Shown: positions 26,401 to 37,293 of the stretch, piece after piece
Numbering within the stretch: the stretch's first letter is position 1
Layout: the number at the start of each line of letters is the position of its first letter
Assembly (NCBI GenBank): GCA_030265395.1
Contig: JARFYF010000065.1
Span: forward strand, 7,419,234-7,483,233
Source of the DNA: Rhina ancylostomus
Taxonomy: Eukaryota
Length of the DNA stretch: 64,000 nucleotides
Reading direction: 5' to 3'
Made by a program: the position numbers and the translations under genes
Notes under the pieces: generated by a model
Told to the model about the DNA's origin: nothing
What the model saw: only the letters and a program-made list of their open reading frames with translations
Databases searched by the model: none

Positions 26401-29400
26401 TTGTTTTCGGAAGAATTGCACTTAGAAGCAACACAGAGTCATGCAGCACAGAAACAGGCTCTTCAGCCCATCTGGTCCATACCGTCTGTGGTACCTACAG
26501 TAATCCCATTTACCAGTGTCTGTGGAATTTGCAACATTCTCCCAATGACTGCGTGAGTTTCCCCCAGTGCTCTGGTTTCTTCCCACGTCCCAAAGACATA
26601 TGGATTAGAGTTAATTAGCTTTGTAATTTTTCTTTGTAAGTGATAGAAATTAGGGGAAGTTGATTGGAAAGTGGGAGAATAAAATGGGATTTTTGTATGA
26701 ATACTATAGGTGAGTACTTGATGGTAGGCATGGACTTGATGGGCCAAAAGGCCATTTTCTGTACTGTATGTCCCTATGTCTCTTAAAACTCCAAAGAGGG
26801 ATTTGACAAGGATGAGAGTTTTAGGACAGGGTCTCGTTTAAACAGGAGACAATGTAAATCAACGACCATAAAGATGATTGCTGAGTGGGACAGAGTGAGG
26901 CACAAGCACCAATTCTGGATGACCTCAAGGAAATACATCACATCACATAGTCTCAAGTTTAGATCTTGTGCTGAAGCCTTTAGAACAGGACTTAAGACCA
27001 CAAAGCCTCTCAGTCCAACAATCTGGCAGCAGTAATGCTAACACTGAGCCACTTTTTCCAAGTCATAGGGGAAGCCATATATGCGTCAGTGTCTTCTTCA
27101 CATATAACTGGAAGATGACTGGATGCAAGGAACTTATAAAATTCATTCAGGCTCATCACTGGCACATTGCTAATTGTCCTAAAACTGTGTCCTGTTGCCC
27201 CACTTTGGAGGGAAGAGTTGACCATAATGGTGACGTGAAGTGGGGTAGACAGTTGAGGGCAGATTTTCGTCCCATTGGTGCACTAGATGAATTTTATGGC
27301 AATCCACTAATTTCATGTTCACCGTTGCCAATAGTAGTTTAGCATTCACATTGACGTGTGGGGGCTTCATTGCTTCTCAGTATTCGTGCACCAACCTCTG
27401 ATCATAACAACGCTCCGTTCCTAGTGTTAGAGATTCATCTCGGGCCCACTTCTAGCTGAATGCGGACTCTGCGATCTGTCTGCTGAAAGACTGTGGCATG
27501 CATGACAAATAGTCACAGATGTCTTTGAATTATGTCGCATTGATAAGCTTTGGCTTTCTGAGGATGCTGGGCCTCAGGGAAAAATTCTGCAGCCAGCTGG
27601 AAATTTATGGGAACGTGGCTGCTAGTGCTGAGTAGTTGTCAAGAAGGATGAACTGCTTACCGTGATCTGTTGGACAGGCTGTCTTGGTCATAAAATCATA
27701 AAGATCAACACATTTTCTTGCTTTTCTAACCATATTTGCCACTTCTATCCTCTTCATTTTTCTCCACCACAATAATCTTAATGCACATTGGAGTACAAAA
27801 TTTTCTTTCTTTCTTTCTTTCTTTTTCAATCTTTTTTATTGGTTTCAAATCAATACAAATGTTATATGGCATCAAAGTTTGTACATATCTTACAAAGAGA
27901 TCTGGTTATCATTCAAATCTTAGATAACCATACAATAAANNNNNNNNNNNNNNNNNNNNNNNNNNNNNNNNNNNNNNNNNNNNNNNNNNNNNNNNNNNNN
28001 NNNNNNNNNNNNNNNNNNNNNNNNNNNNNNNNNNNNNNNCAATTGCCTCCACTGTTACGTTGACCTCTTGTACGCTAAAAGCTGGAGCTCTTGATCTCTC
28101 AATCTACCTCGACGTGGTCCTTGCTCTTGATTTGTCTACCTGCACTGCACTTTTTCTGTAACTATATTCTGCATTCCGTTACTGCTTTTCCCTTTGCACT
28201 ACCTTGGAATGATCTGTCTGACGGCATGCAAAACAGGTTTTCACCGAAAATCTCGGTACATTTGACAATGATAAACCAGCTATCTGAGGGACATCACTCA
28301 GCCATTTGGTGCCTCAAGCCTTTTCTGCTTTCATTGAAATTATTGGCAGATCTGCAACCTTATCCCCTATGCCTGCATTTCCTCTGTAATACCGTTTGGT
28401 TATCAAAATCGCTTGCAACTAAAATGACCAGTTATTGAGGCATAGAAATATACATGACATAAACAGGCCCTTTGGCCCACTGAGTTCACACTGACCATCA
28501 ACCGCCTTGTGATGCTACTGCAAGTAAGTTTCTCGTTGCACTTGTGCACACATGGACTTGTGCACACATGGACTTGTGCACGTGACAATAAACTCGACTT
28601 TGACCCATTCGCGTGAATCGTCCATTAATCCTATGTTTTTATTCTTTCCACATTCTCATTAACTCTACCCATAATCTCCCACTTGCCCACACACCAGGGC
28701 CAATTTACAGCAGCCAATTAACCTACCCACCAGCATCAATTGCTTGTGTATTGCTGTTACCCAACTTCACACTTGAAAGACTTGGCCCTAATGTTTGGAC
28801 CCTTTCCTTGAGCTGCGACTTCTCAACAAACTTTTCTGTGATTTTTTTCCTCTTTATTCTTTTGATTCCTCTTAATGATCTTTAAAAGTTTCTTATTGAG
28901 GTTAGCTGTACCTAATTAAGCCTGTGTGGCTCAGTGTTTTTGGAGGGTATTTCAGTCAATACAACCTTCCCTCACTGAGCTTTAGAACATTCTGGCCAGT
29001 ATGTATCCTTCGACCAACATCAATAAAACAGAATATTTACCTATCAGTTTTGTGCTGTTTTTGGGAGCTTGGTGCATGCAGCTTGGCTGCCATCTTTCCT
29101 GCATTACAATAGTGACTGCATTTCAAAAGTAGTGAATTGGTTGTGTTGTCTTGTAGGATGTCTTGAAGTTGTGATGAAATGGTACTAGAGAAGGTAAAGC
29201 AGGGATAATAGAAAAGTGGATCAGGCTTGGCAGCTGAATGTCCCTCCCTGTGTTGTAAATGCATGGTATTTCTTTATATTGCTGACCAACTGCCATTGTT
29301 CAGAACCTTTGGTTTTTATTGTACAAGCACAATCGGTAACCTTGTGAGTTTGGCTATAGTTCTTTCTTTTTCAATCTTTTTATTTGTTTTGATTTGAAAA

Positions 29401-32400
29401 CTAATAGGTATATGGCATGAAAGTTTGTACATATCTTACAAAGAGATCTGGTTCTTACTCAAATCTTAGATAACCATACTATAAAATATAGAAAAAACAA
29501 AGTCCAGCGATCTCTTAATGAAGAGAGTATAAAAGAAAGGAAAGAAAAAAGGTTTATTATATACATTTTAAAAAAAAGAAAAAGAAACCCCAAATCAATA
29601 TATAAAAAAATTATAAACAATATAAACTAAGCAAGCAAAAATATAAAAGAAAAACAAAAGCTGGGCCAAAATTTCTCAATAGAAACAAAGCAATATTATG
29701 TCGTCAACTCTGATCCTCCGAATTAAAAAGTTAATGAAGGGGGATCTACATCATGTGAAAATATTGGATAAATGGACTCCAAATGTCTTCAAATTTAAGC
29801 GAAGGATCAACAGTACCTCTCCTAATTTTTTCCAAGTTTAAACATGACATAGTTTGAGAAAACCATTGAAAGGTAGTGGGGGGTATCGGATCCTTCCATT
29901 TAAGCAAAATAGATCGCTTGGCCGGAGTACAAAACTGAAACTGTCCTTAGTGAGAGGTTACTTGACCAGTTCAATATATCACAACTGAGCTTTATCTGGC
30001 CCATGGTCTATATGCACTTGTCTAACAGGTACTGGGTATTGGCAAATGACTATTAGAATATTATAGCCCAGTAAAGGCCCTTCGGCCCACAATGTTGTAC
30101 CGAAATTTTATCCTGCTCTAAGATCTAACCCTTCCCTCCCACATAGACACATGATAGAGAAATGGGGGGCTATCTAAGAGTCTCTTAAATGTCCCCTATG
30201 TATCTGCCCTCACAACCTCTGCAGGCAGTGTGTTCCACGCACCCACCACTCTGTGTAAAAAACTTACCCCTGACATCCCCTTATACCTTCCTCCAATCAC
30301 CTTAAAATTATATCCCCCCGTGTTAGCCATTGTCACCCTGGGAAAAAGTTTCTGGTCAGTAGATCATCCACATTTGTGAGCAGTTTGAACTGGCCATAAA
30401 GAGAGACCATTTGGTTGAACCGATCCTTCAATCCCTTCTTTATCAGTCGGACAGCCAACAGGACTCGACCGGAGTAAAGAGCAAAGGTGAAAAAAAGCAG
30501 CATACAAAGGCACTGGAGGAACTCAGTGGATCGGGCAGCATCTATGGAGGGAAATAGACAGTTGATATTTCCCTCCATAGATGCTGCCTGACCTGCACAG
30601 TTCCTCCAGTGCCTTCGTGCATTGTTCAAGATTCCTAGCACCTGCAGCCTCTGAGGTGAAACAGAAGCTGGGTACGTGGGAACAGCACTCCCTCTCCATA
30701 GTGTGAAGGAACCTGGTCATTAGACACAAGGTGCTCTCAGCATTTGTGTGTGTGACACAGCTGTGGCCCATAGCCCCCCTCCTGCATCATGGCAGTCACC
30801 AGAGCTATCTTCCACCTTCATTTGGAGATCCAAAATGCATATTGTCTGCAGGGATGTGATGTACAAGTCTCCAGAGAAAGGGGAAAAGATGTACCTGACA
30901 TAGCCTCATCCTGTGACCACCTTTGTATGGCTGCATTAATGTAAGCAAACGTTAAGCGTCACCATGCGCTGAGGTTCTAGCTGTCCCCAGGTGTTTAGAA
31001 GAATCGGCCTGGCGTTCTTTATCATTAAATGCTCCATTCAGTCGGTCCATGCCGTACCACCTGTTCCGAGTAAGAAAATTTCTGCTGCGAAACATCTCTG
31101 ACCACAGGTCAGTCAGGCAGTAATCCGCACAAATTATCCAGGAGACAGACCCAACAGGAGAAAGAGACTGTAGATCTTGAAACTGTCAGAGATGATGGAG
31201 CAGATTGCCTCATCATCAGAACCCTCAACTCAGCACTTGGCTGGTGATGAGAAAGGCCCTTCCCATCTGATCCTTCTCATACAACTGGAGCACAATCCCA
31301 CCACACATTGCCCTTGAGGTGGCTGCAGTGTGGATGAGAAGGCCATCCATCTCCTTATGAACTGTGTGTTTACCAAGATCTGGAAAGGAATGCAGTGGTC
31401 TTTGTCGATGTTTATCCAGAGCAGTTGTATAATGAGACAAACATGAAAGGTCTGCTGCTGAAAGGTTATCATCCCAACTGAAGATGCACTTTGGTCTGCC
31501 TGAAATTTGTCAGTCTTCCACAGCCAAACGCTTCAGATTGGCACATTCCAAGATGTAGGAGTATGTGCTGGGGGACACTTTGAACTGGGGTAGACCACAG
31601 TCCAGAGTCCTATGGCCACTGGATACTCAGAGGCTGGGCCCAGAATAAAAGCACTCAAATATTTCACTAATGAAATGATTGGGGGTGAACCACTAGTGGC
31701 ATGTTGACATAATGTAAGCAAATACAATTATATATTTGGTACAGTGAATGAAGACAATGCCATGCCCAGTTTATACAACAGTATATATGTTTGAAAGATA
31801 AAATTGGTCAGAAATTGAAAACGCAGCTAATTTGCTTATATAGAAACCAGTTGACCACTCCTATTTTGTCAGATTCCCCTATGTTAATGCCTTCCTGTAA
31901 GGCTGAATTATCATATTGCACTTTGGATACTCGAGTGTCTAAACGCCAGTCTGTTGTCCAGTGATCACAAACCACCATTGACCTGTCGATAGGGGTGGGA
32001 AGCACTGGAGCTTTGCACTCTTGCTTAGTTGGGACTGGAGCTTCGTAATGAGAGAAGGCATTGGATCCTTGTCAGCTGTGGGTACAGGATGGGAAGGTAG
32101 AAAGGGGTAATGGGGACTGGGTTGAGGTGAGGGAACAATATGGGGACTGTCCTTTGATTAAGGACAATGGTTGGGTAGGCAGCAAACTGGTGACTCAGGA
32201 GTAAATTGCCCAAGGATTAGGCTTAGGAAGATATGGTCATCAAATTGGAGGATTGAGGGCAAGGGTGGGTAGAGAGCAATGTTGGCTCAGGGCACTAGCC
32301 TCAGGGAAGTCAGGATGATCAGAAATTGGAAACAACAATGGTGGGGGAGCTGCAGTAGNNNNNNNNNNTTATGTTTCAGCACCAGTAGAGAAACCTGGGG

Positions 32401-33425
32401 ATTACTTGATAGAGATGCAAACTCATTGTGGATCTGGGAGAACCCAGATGTCATGAGAAATCCCAACCTGGTCCACCTTCTCCTGCAATACTCCAAAAGG
32501 AACATGTCATGGATTAACATTATCCCTTGCACAGAGATTTCACTGGTGAGTCACAACTGGAAAGGCCCAGTTGAAATTCCAGAAGAACATGACCTGACAA
32601 TGGCTATTAACACATTTCATTCCGGGAAAAATGAATAACCTTCAATGGCAAAACATTTCTATTGTTTGAGTTTCTAGACACATCTGGTTCCAGCTCATTG
32701 AGGTTGCAAGAGACTGCAGATGCTGGAATCTGGAGCAGAACAAAAAAAGCTGTTGGAGGAATTCAGCAGGTCAGGCAGCATCTGTTGGGCGGGAAAATGA
32801 ACAGTCGACGTTTTGCATCTTGACACATCGACTGCCCATTTCCCTCCGATGCTGCCTGACCCGCTAAATTCATCCAGTAGTTTATTTTCTGGTTCAAATC
32901 CTTTGTTCAGGGAGTCAGAGTAATACAGCACAGAAACAGGCCCTTCAGCCCAGCTCATCTATGCTGACCACCAAGCTTGTCTCATTTACCCTTGTTTGGT
33001 CCATATCCCTCTAAACCCGTCCTATCCTATTGCTCCTTTACATGTAGCCTGCTACTATAAATGTTGCACTATAAAAGTGAGCTTAAACTAAATGCCATTA
33101 AAAGGAGCCCCCCCACCCCCACATTAATGTCTCTTTTTCTCACTTGCGTTACAAGATGTACAAGAATGGAAGGGATTTGTGCGAGAGCACGGACGGAGAC
33201 TCTTTCAAGGTCAGGTCCTGCAACTGCTTGAACATGGACAAGAACGACGAGCAAGTGATTAAAGCACTGACACAGGAGGACAGCACCAAGGTTGGTGCTA
33301 ATGAAAAAATCCCCTGCAGAGAGAAGCGCAGCATCATGAACAAGCTGAAGCTCTCCATCCGCAAGCGCTCCCTCTTTGTGGAAGACATTGATGGCAGTGG
33401 AAGTGGATTTGCAACAACTGAATAG
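11358..33425 (+). CDS. RTBDN: Riboflavin-binding protein / retbindin-like gene (folate receptor family), 5'-partial; coding exons 11358-11445, 21636-21764, 22533-22644, 33156-33425
   Basis: Four exons with AG/GT boundaries and compatible phases join to [138 protein letters not shown]...[10 protein letters not shown]. The 16-Cys spacing matches chicken RfBP (CC, WNRCG, CFYxCSP, VPLCxSFCDxWYxACK, CxPYSxMY, SFKV, CxC). The gene is convergent with RNASEH2A, as RTBDN is in human. Confidence 0.88.
12833..13138 (-). mobile_element. HE1-type SINE
   Basis: cagcacagaaacaggccc tail, cacactaggggcaattta and gggaggaaaccagag V-domain. Confidence 0.7.
14110..14840 (+). mobile_element. CR1/HER1 LINE 3' fragment (RT C-terminus and 3' UTR)
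   Basis: [60 protein letters not shown] motifs; ends in tttctatg repeats. Confidence 0.9.
14868..15280 (+). mobile_element. Old DeuSINE / SacSINE1-like element (related decayed copies near 22700-22950, 25790-26100, 29020-29170, 48860-49220)
   Basis: gtaaaagatccc...ggagttcttcccagtg...atttatctcactgctgtttggg.agcttgctatgcacaatttggctgc...cagtgactgcatttcaaa pattern recalled from shark DeuSINE consensus. Confidence 0.55.
15381..15580. mobile_element. Palindromic Penelope-type pLTR-derived repeat
   Basis: aaataaaagcagaaaatgctggaaacgctcagcaggtc ... gacctcctgagtatttccactatcttctgtttttattt inverted arms. Confidence 0.65.
16155..18400 (-). mobile_element. Decayed CR1-clade LINE (RT domain to 3' end)
   Basis: Minus-strand [37 protein letters not shown]-like, PQGSVLG and LRGLDRVD motifs. 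Confidence 0.8.
19350..20335 (-). mobile_element. CR1 LINE fragment interrupted by a Penelope-type pLTR repeat (about 19540-19822)
   Basis: gaattccaaagattca, ccagatgtggtct and aaggccaacat CR1 hallmarks flank the pLTR motif. Confidence 0.65.
19724..19762 (+). ncRNA. Minimal type I hammerhead ribozyme motif (Penelope-associated)
   Basis: Stem I CAGTT/AACTG, core CTGATGA, imperfect stem II, GAAA, palindromic ACGT stem III, GUU cleavage triplet. Confidence 0.6.
21636..21764 (+). CDS. RTBDN: RTBDN-like coding exon (129 bp), [43 protein letters not shown]
   Basis: Polypyrimidine tract plus tctag| acceptor and |gtaagt donor; folate-receptor-family CFYxCSP and VPLCxxFCDxW motifs. Confidence 0.93.
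22533..22644 (+). CDS. RTBDN: RTBDN-like coding exon (112 bp), (W)[37 protein letters not shown]
   Basis: cttctccag| acceptor and |gtagga donor; completes the split TG/G Trp codon; WYxACK..C..NW and CxPYS motifs. Confidence 0.92.
23085..23360 (+). mobile_element. LF-SINE-like element (related copies about 35980-36175 +, 43975-44330 +, 54300-54540 -, 57310-57520 -, 58230-58450 -)
   Basis: aaaacccatctggttc...aatctgccatccttac...gtggctgactct..aagccactcagtt core recalled from LF-SINE-type consensus. Confidence 0.6.
23385..23900 (+). mobile_element. CR1/HER1 LINE 3' fragment
   Basis: [15 protein letters not shown] and GDLIE motifs plus a gggcc...tttctgtgctgta tail. Confidence 0.8.
24280..24675. 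mobile_element. Penelope-type pLTR inverted pair
   Basis: ctgcagatgctgg...tactcagcaggtaaggcagcatc and its inverse cctgaaacgttag...ttgctgcctgacctgcagagtatttcca. Confidence 0.55.
27801..27939 (-). mobile_element. L1-clade LINE 3' end with AATAAA and (GAAA)n tail, running into a gap
   Basis: Clearly homologous to, but not identical with, 29360-29485. Confidence 0.75.
29360..29923 (-). mobile_element. 5'-truncated L1-clade LINE: intact ORF2 C-terminus plus 3' UTR
   Basis: Minus strand reads [58 protein letters not shown], typical of fish-type L1 ORF2 ends; T-rich UTR and AATAAA follow. Confidence 0.85.
30055..30358 (-). mobile_element. CR1/HER1 LINE 3' fragment
   Basis: ggcccttcggcccacaatgttg tail, ttccacgcacccaccactctgtgtaaaaaac and ccctgggaaaaag. 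Confidence 0.8.
30498..30652. mobile_element. Compact palindromic pLTR-derived hairpin
   Basis: Arms 30509-30556 and 30567-30613 are near-perfect reverse complements (ggcactggaggaact...gcagcatctatggagggaaata). Confidence 0.7.
30700..31600 (+). mobile_element. Decayed Tx1-like (L1 clade) ORF2 fragment including the zf-RVT region
   Basis: Frameshifted remnants of [48 protein letters not shown]...W..MQW. Confidence 0.65.
32705..32890. mobile_element. Palindromic Penelope-type pLTR-derived repeat
   Basis: caagagactgcagatgctggaatc...cagcaggtcaggcagcatc / gatgctgcctgacccgct inverted arms. Confidence 0.65.
33156..33425 (+). CDS. RTBDN: RTBDN-like terminal coding exon, [19 protein letters not shown]...[14 protein letters not shown]
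   Basis: Pyrimidine tract then acaag| acceptor, phase 0; aligns to chicken RfBP MYANGTDMCQSMWGESFKVSESSCLCLQMNKKD; TAG stop at 33423-33425. Confidence 0.9.
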   Translation: MYKNGRDLCESTDGDSFKVRSCNCLNMDKNDEQVIKALTQEDSTKVGANEKIPCREKRSIMNKLKLSIRKRSLFVEDIDGSGSGFATTE

Positions 33426-35220
33426 TTGAATCAGTCACTAATTTTTTTTTTGCATAGTTGCTGTTCCTGTTAACAAAATATCCCCCCCCTTGCTGTGTTG
33501 TGCTGATAAAAAGTTCCAAAGGTATCCCTCACTGCTGCACTGACAATTACCCACCCTTTCCCAAACACCAATTTTCATCCTAGCAGGAAACTTAGTCACA
33601 TCTTCGTGAACACCCTTCTCTTCCAAGCCCACTAATGAGAAACCAGGGAAGGAAAAATATCTCCCGATCCCTGTGGTCCCTGCCCCATCCCATCTTTCCT
33701 GGATTGTGAGAGTTTCCCCTCTCACAATCAAACCAATTCAGTTAGGTCATTAATTAGTTAAAAAAAATTCCAACATAACAAGCTGAAGGGTACAAGGGAG
33801 TGCAACACCCTTTCAAGACACTCCAGTGGTTGGTCTATCAAGAAATGGTTAGATATTTATTTCTTCTAAGCTCCACCTAGCTATACCTGTGCTAATCACC
33901 ATTTACAACGTTGCCCACAGAAGAGATGGACTCTTTGTAACAAGCTGAACTATGGATTATTCCACCAAAGAGGTTAGATGGATCAAATAAGCCCTTCCCC
34001 ATTGCCCAAACCATTTACTAATTTCTGTAACCATTTCACCGAGTCCTTTCTGTCCACACAGCTTGGGCAATTTTCCCTACCAAGCACATAACTTCATCCA
34101 CATAGTGATTTGATGTTGATAAAACTATTAAACATCTAAAAATTCCTGAACTTCTCCTTAAACTCAAATACAACTGCAGAACAGTAATAATCTCACATTT
34201 GCATAACTAGTATAAGGTCCAGTGTCATTATTTTGGCAGAGCATTTAAATAACTTTCCCTAATCTTAATTTTCAATCCCGCAAGAAATAATTGTAGGGTA
34301 AATTTAGTAGAATGCATCCCATCCCAAAGAGCTACCATTCTTTTCTGTTGGAAATTCCTTCTATTATAAGGTAAATGATAAAATAAAAACAACCAGAAAT
34401 ACAGTCAAATGCATAGTTTATGCAGTAATACCAGTAATATGCATTCACATACACCATTTGAGAGTGAGTTCTGAATATCTTGGCTGAAATAGCTTAATTC
34501 AGTTAAGTTTTCTGCTTGATTTAGTAGTTACACAAGCTATCCTAGAGCAAAGCTACAAGCTTTGTCAATTTTCCCTTTTATATAGAAGTCCTAATTAGAT
34601 ATGTGGACATGGAATATAGGTTGATAACTTATCCTAGCTTGGCTGGACACAATAAAAATGATTATTTCCCTATCTTGTTCTGATCATCCTTGTTCTGTAC
34701 AGTTAATATACAAAATACCAATTTTCCCTACAACAGCTTAACCTCCTTCAACTTCAGACCAAACTGATGGTGTCTCCTGCCAATAGGTGAAGGTGGTTCT
34801 TGTGTTGCAGCTGTTTGCTTTGGACTAGATTATCAGCATCCCACTGTTCACATGATACGCTAGCATCAAGCCCCAATCTAGTGCTTTCAAAATTAAAAAT
34901 GAAAAAGTTTCTTGCAGCCTTTTTTTGTATTTTTAGACTAAGTACCTGCTATAATGTCTAGTGATTGTTGGTTATAAAGTCTATCTACCTGGTTGGGCCA
35001 CCTGCTGTGGACTCCAGCCCTGTGCAGAGTGTGCGCTTTAGGCAGGAACCCGAAGAACTATATATTGCCCTTGTATAAATGGATAGTGCATTTTCTCGTT
35101 TCTGCTTCTACTATATTTTTATTAACCAGGTATCTGTCCCTGTACTACTGATGTTGTGCAATTCTACAGAACTGTGAGATTTACTAATAAAAATGGGAAA
35201 CATGGTGATAAAAAAAAAAT
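33426..35220 (+). other. Probable RTBDN-like 3' UTR with candidate polyA signals (AATAAA at about 34382, 34651 and 35186)
   Basis: AT-rich stretch without recognisable repeats after the stop codon; AATAAA hexamers are present. The true end is unknown. Confidence 0.45.
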
Positions 35221-36379
35221 CTCAATGTCACAAAGTGTTGTTATTGTGAAATAGATTGCAAATTCTCAAATCTCTCCCCAGAATTATACGTTTTAAAGAT
35301 TTGCTTAAAATATTGTTTTTGCTAAATTGAATACGTTTTAACGCTAATCTATAAGCTACCGTTGAGAATGCACTTGAGAGGGATATCAAATAATATCCTT
35401 CAAAGTGCTTCTTGCACACTTATTTTACTCTCTTGAATCTTTGGACTGTCCCTAGGACATACTGTGGACTGTTACCTTGGAAATTAAGGAAATCAACTCT
35501 TGTCCAGATACACTGAGTCAGCAGGAGAGCTTCAATCAAAAATCTGTCTCAATTTTAAATATGATTAATGACTCAGTATCCACAGCCTTCTCAAATTGAA
35601 AATGCCAAAGGATACACAACACACTGAAAGAAATTCCTTGGATTATCGGTTTGAACAGATGAAAACTAAATGAGTTCAGGTCAGCTTAATCCATTGCCTC
35701 CAGAAGTGGGTCAACAGCAAAAGAGAGTACAAGTCCAGAGGACACCACTGCTTCAGAAAGGGAATCAAAATTTAGTGCAACACAAGGCGGTCTCAAGGCT
35801 NNNNNNNNNNCAGGATTCAGGGAGATTGTCTCAGCTGTAGCACAGGAAGATTCACTCTGTAAGTGACTGTGGGTGGAAAAATCTGCACTCATCACCAGGC
35901 GAATAGAATAGTTAGTTACTGATATATTGTCACTTTGAAATTTATACATGTGCAACTTAAATAAAAGCAAGTTTCAATCACAGTAACCATGAAACTATCA
36001 CTGCCACCAAACCACCATTTGGTTCACTAATGTCCTTGAGGAAAATAAATCTGGCATGGCCTACATGGTTCCAAACCCACCAATATGGCTGAATCTTAAC
36101 TACCTCAGTTTAAGAGCAATTAGGCATAGTCAATACATGTCAGCATTGCCAATGATTTCCATGTACTCTGAATAAAAAAGATCTTTGATTTTTATGGGTA
36201 CAAAACTAATATAGAAAAAAAATAGAAATTACATAGATTTTGAGACAAGATTCTCAGAGTCTCAGCAAGAACATGTTCATCATTCACCTTGTAGCTGAAT
36301 TACCTGCCTTGATTCTGAGACCCTTAAATATCCTTGGCTCGCTTTCACATTGGTAACTTTTATCACTTCATGCAAACTA

Positions 36380-36580
36380 TAGAAACATAGAAAAACTACG
36401 GCACAATTCAGGCCCTTCGGCCCACTAAGCTGTGCAGAACATGTCCCTACCTAGAAATTACTATGCTTACCCACAGCCCTCTATTTTACTTAGTTCCATG
36501 TACCTAACAGTCTCTTGAAAGACCCGATCGTATCCTCCTCCGCCTCCACCACCATTTCCGGCAGCCCATTCCACGCACTG
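36380..36580 (-). mobile_element. HER1/CR1 3' end, same subfamily as 14720-14840
   Basis: atagaaacatagaaa...ggcccttcggcccac..acatgtccctacctagaaattact is the reverse complement of the 14740-14840 tail. Confidence 0.8.
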
Positions 36581-36704
36581 ACATAGATGTTGCAAATCAG
36601 AAATAAAGAGACAGAAAATGCTGGAAATACTCAACAGGTCAGCCAGCATCCTTGGGAAAAAAATTACTATTTCAGGTCAATGATAAGAAACACTGACAGT
36701 TTAA

Positions 36705-37293
36705 ATTAGTTTATTGTCACATACCGAGATAGTGAAAATCTTTGTTTTGCATGCCATCTGTACAGATCATTTCATTACAACAGTATATTGAGGTAGTACG
36801 AGGGAAAACAATAACAGAATGCAGAATAAAGAGTTACAGTTGCAGAGAAAGTGCAGCGCAGGTAGACGATAAGGTGCAAGGTCACAACGAGGTAGATTGC
36901 GAGGTCAAGAGTCCATCTCATCATACTAGGGCTGTTCAATAGTCTCATAACAGTGGAATAGAAGCTGCCCTTGAACCTGATGGTATGCGCTTTCAGGCTT
37001 TTGTATCTTTTGCTTGACATGAATAGAGAATGTCTGGAGTGGGTTGTGTCTTTCGTTACTTTGGCCGCTTTACCGAGGCAGTGAAAATTGTAGACAGAGT
37101 CCATGAAGGGAAGGCTGCTTTCCACGATGTGCTGAGCTGTGTCCACAACTCTCTGCAGTTTCTTGCAGTCATAGGCAGAGCAGTTGCCATACCAAGCCGT
37201 GATACATCCAGATAGGATGCTTTCTATGGTGCATCAATAAAAATTGGTGAGGCTCAAAGGGGACATGCCAAATTTCTTTAGCCTCCTGAGGAG
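36705..37293 (-). mobile_element. Rex1/Babar-clade LINE 3' fragment
   Basis: LLRRLKKFGMSPLSLTNFY, ESILSGCITAWYGNCSA, TAQHI..SSLPFMDSVY..HCLGKAAK..KD and RYKSLKAHT.RFK.SFY motifs. Confidence 0.85.

Noticed and set aside
28540-28581. 16-bp tandem duplication ACTTGTGCACACATGG
   Set aside because: Local slippage inside a retroelement tail; no evidence of function.
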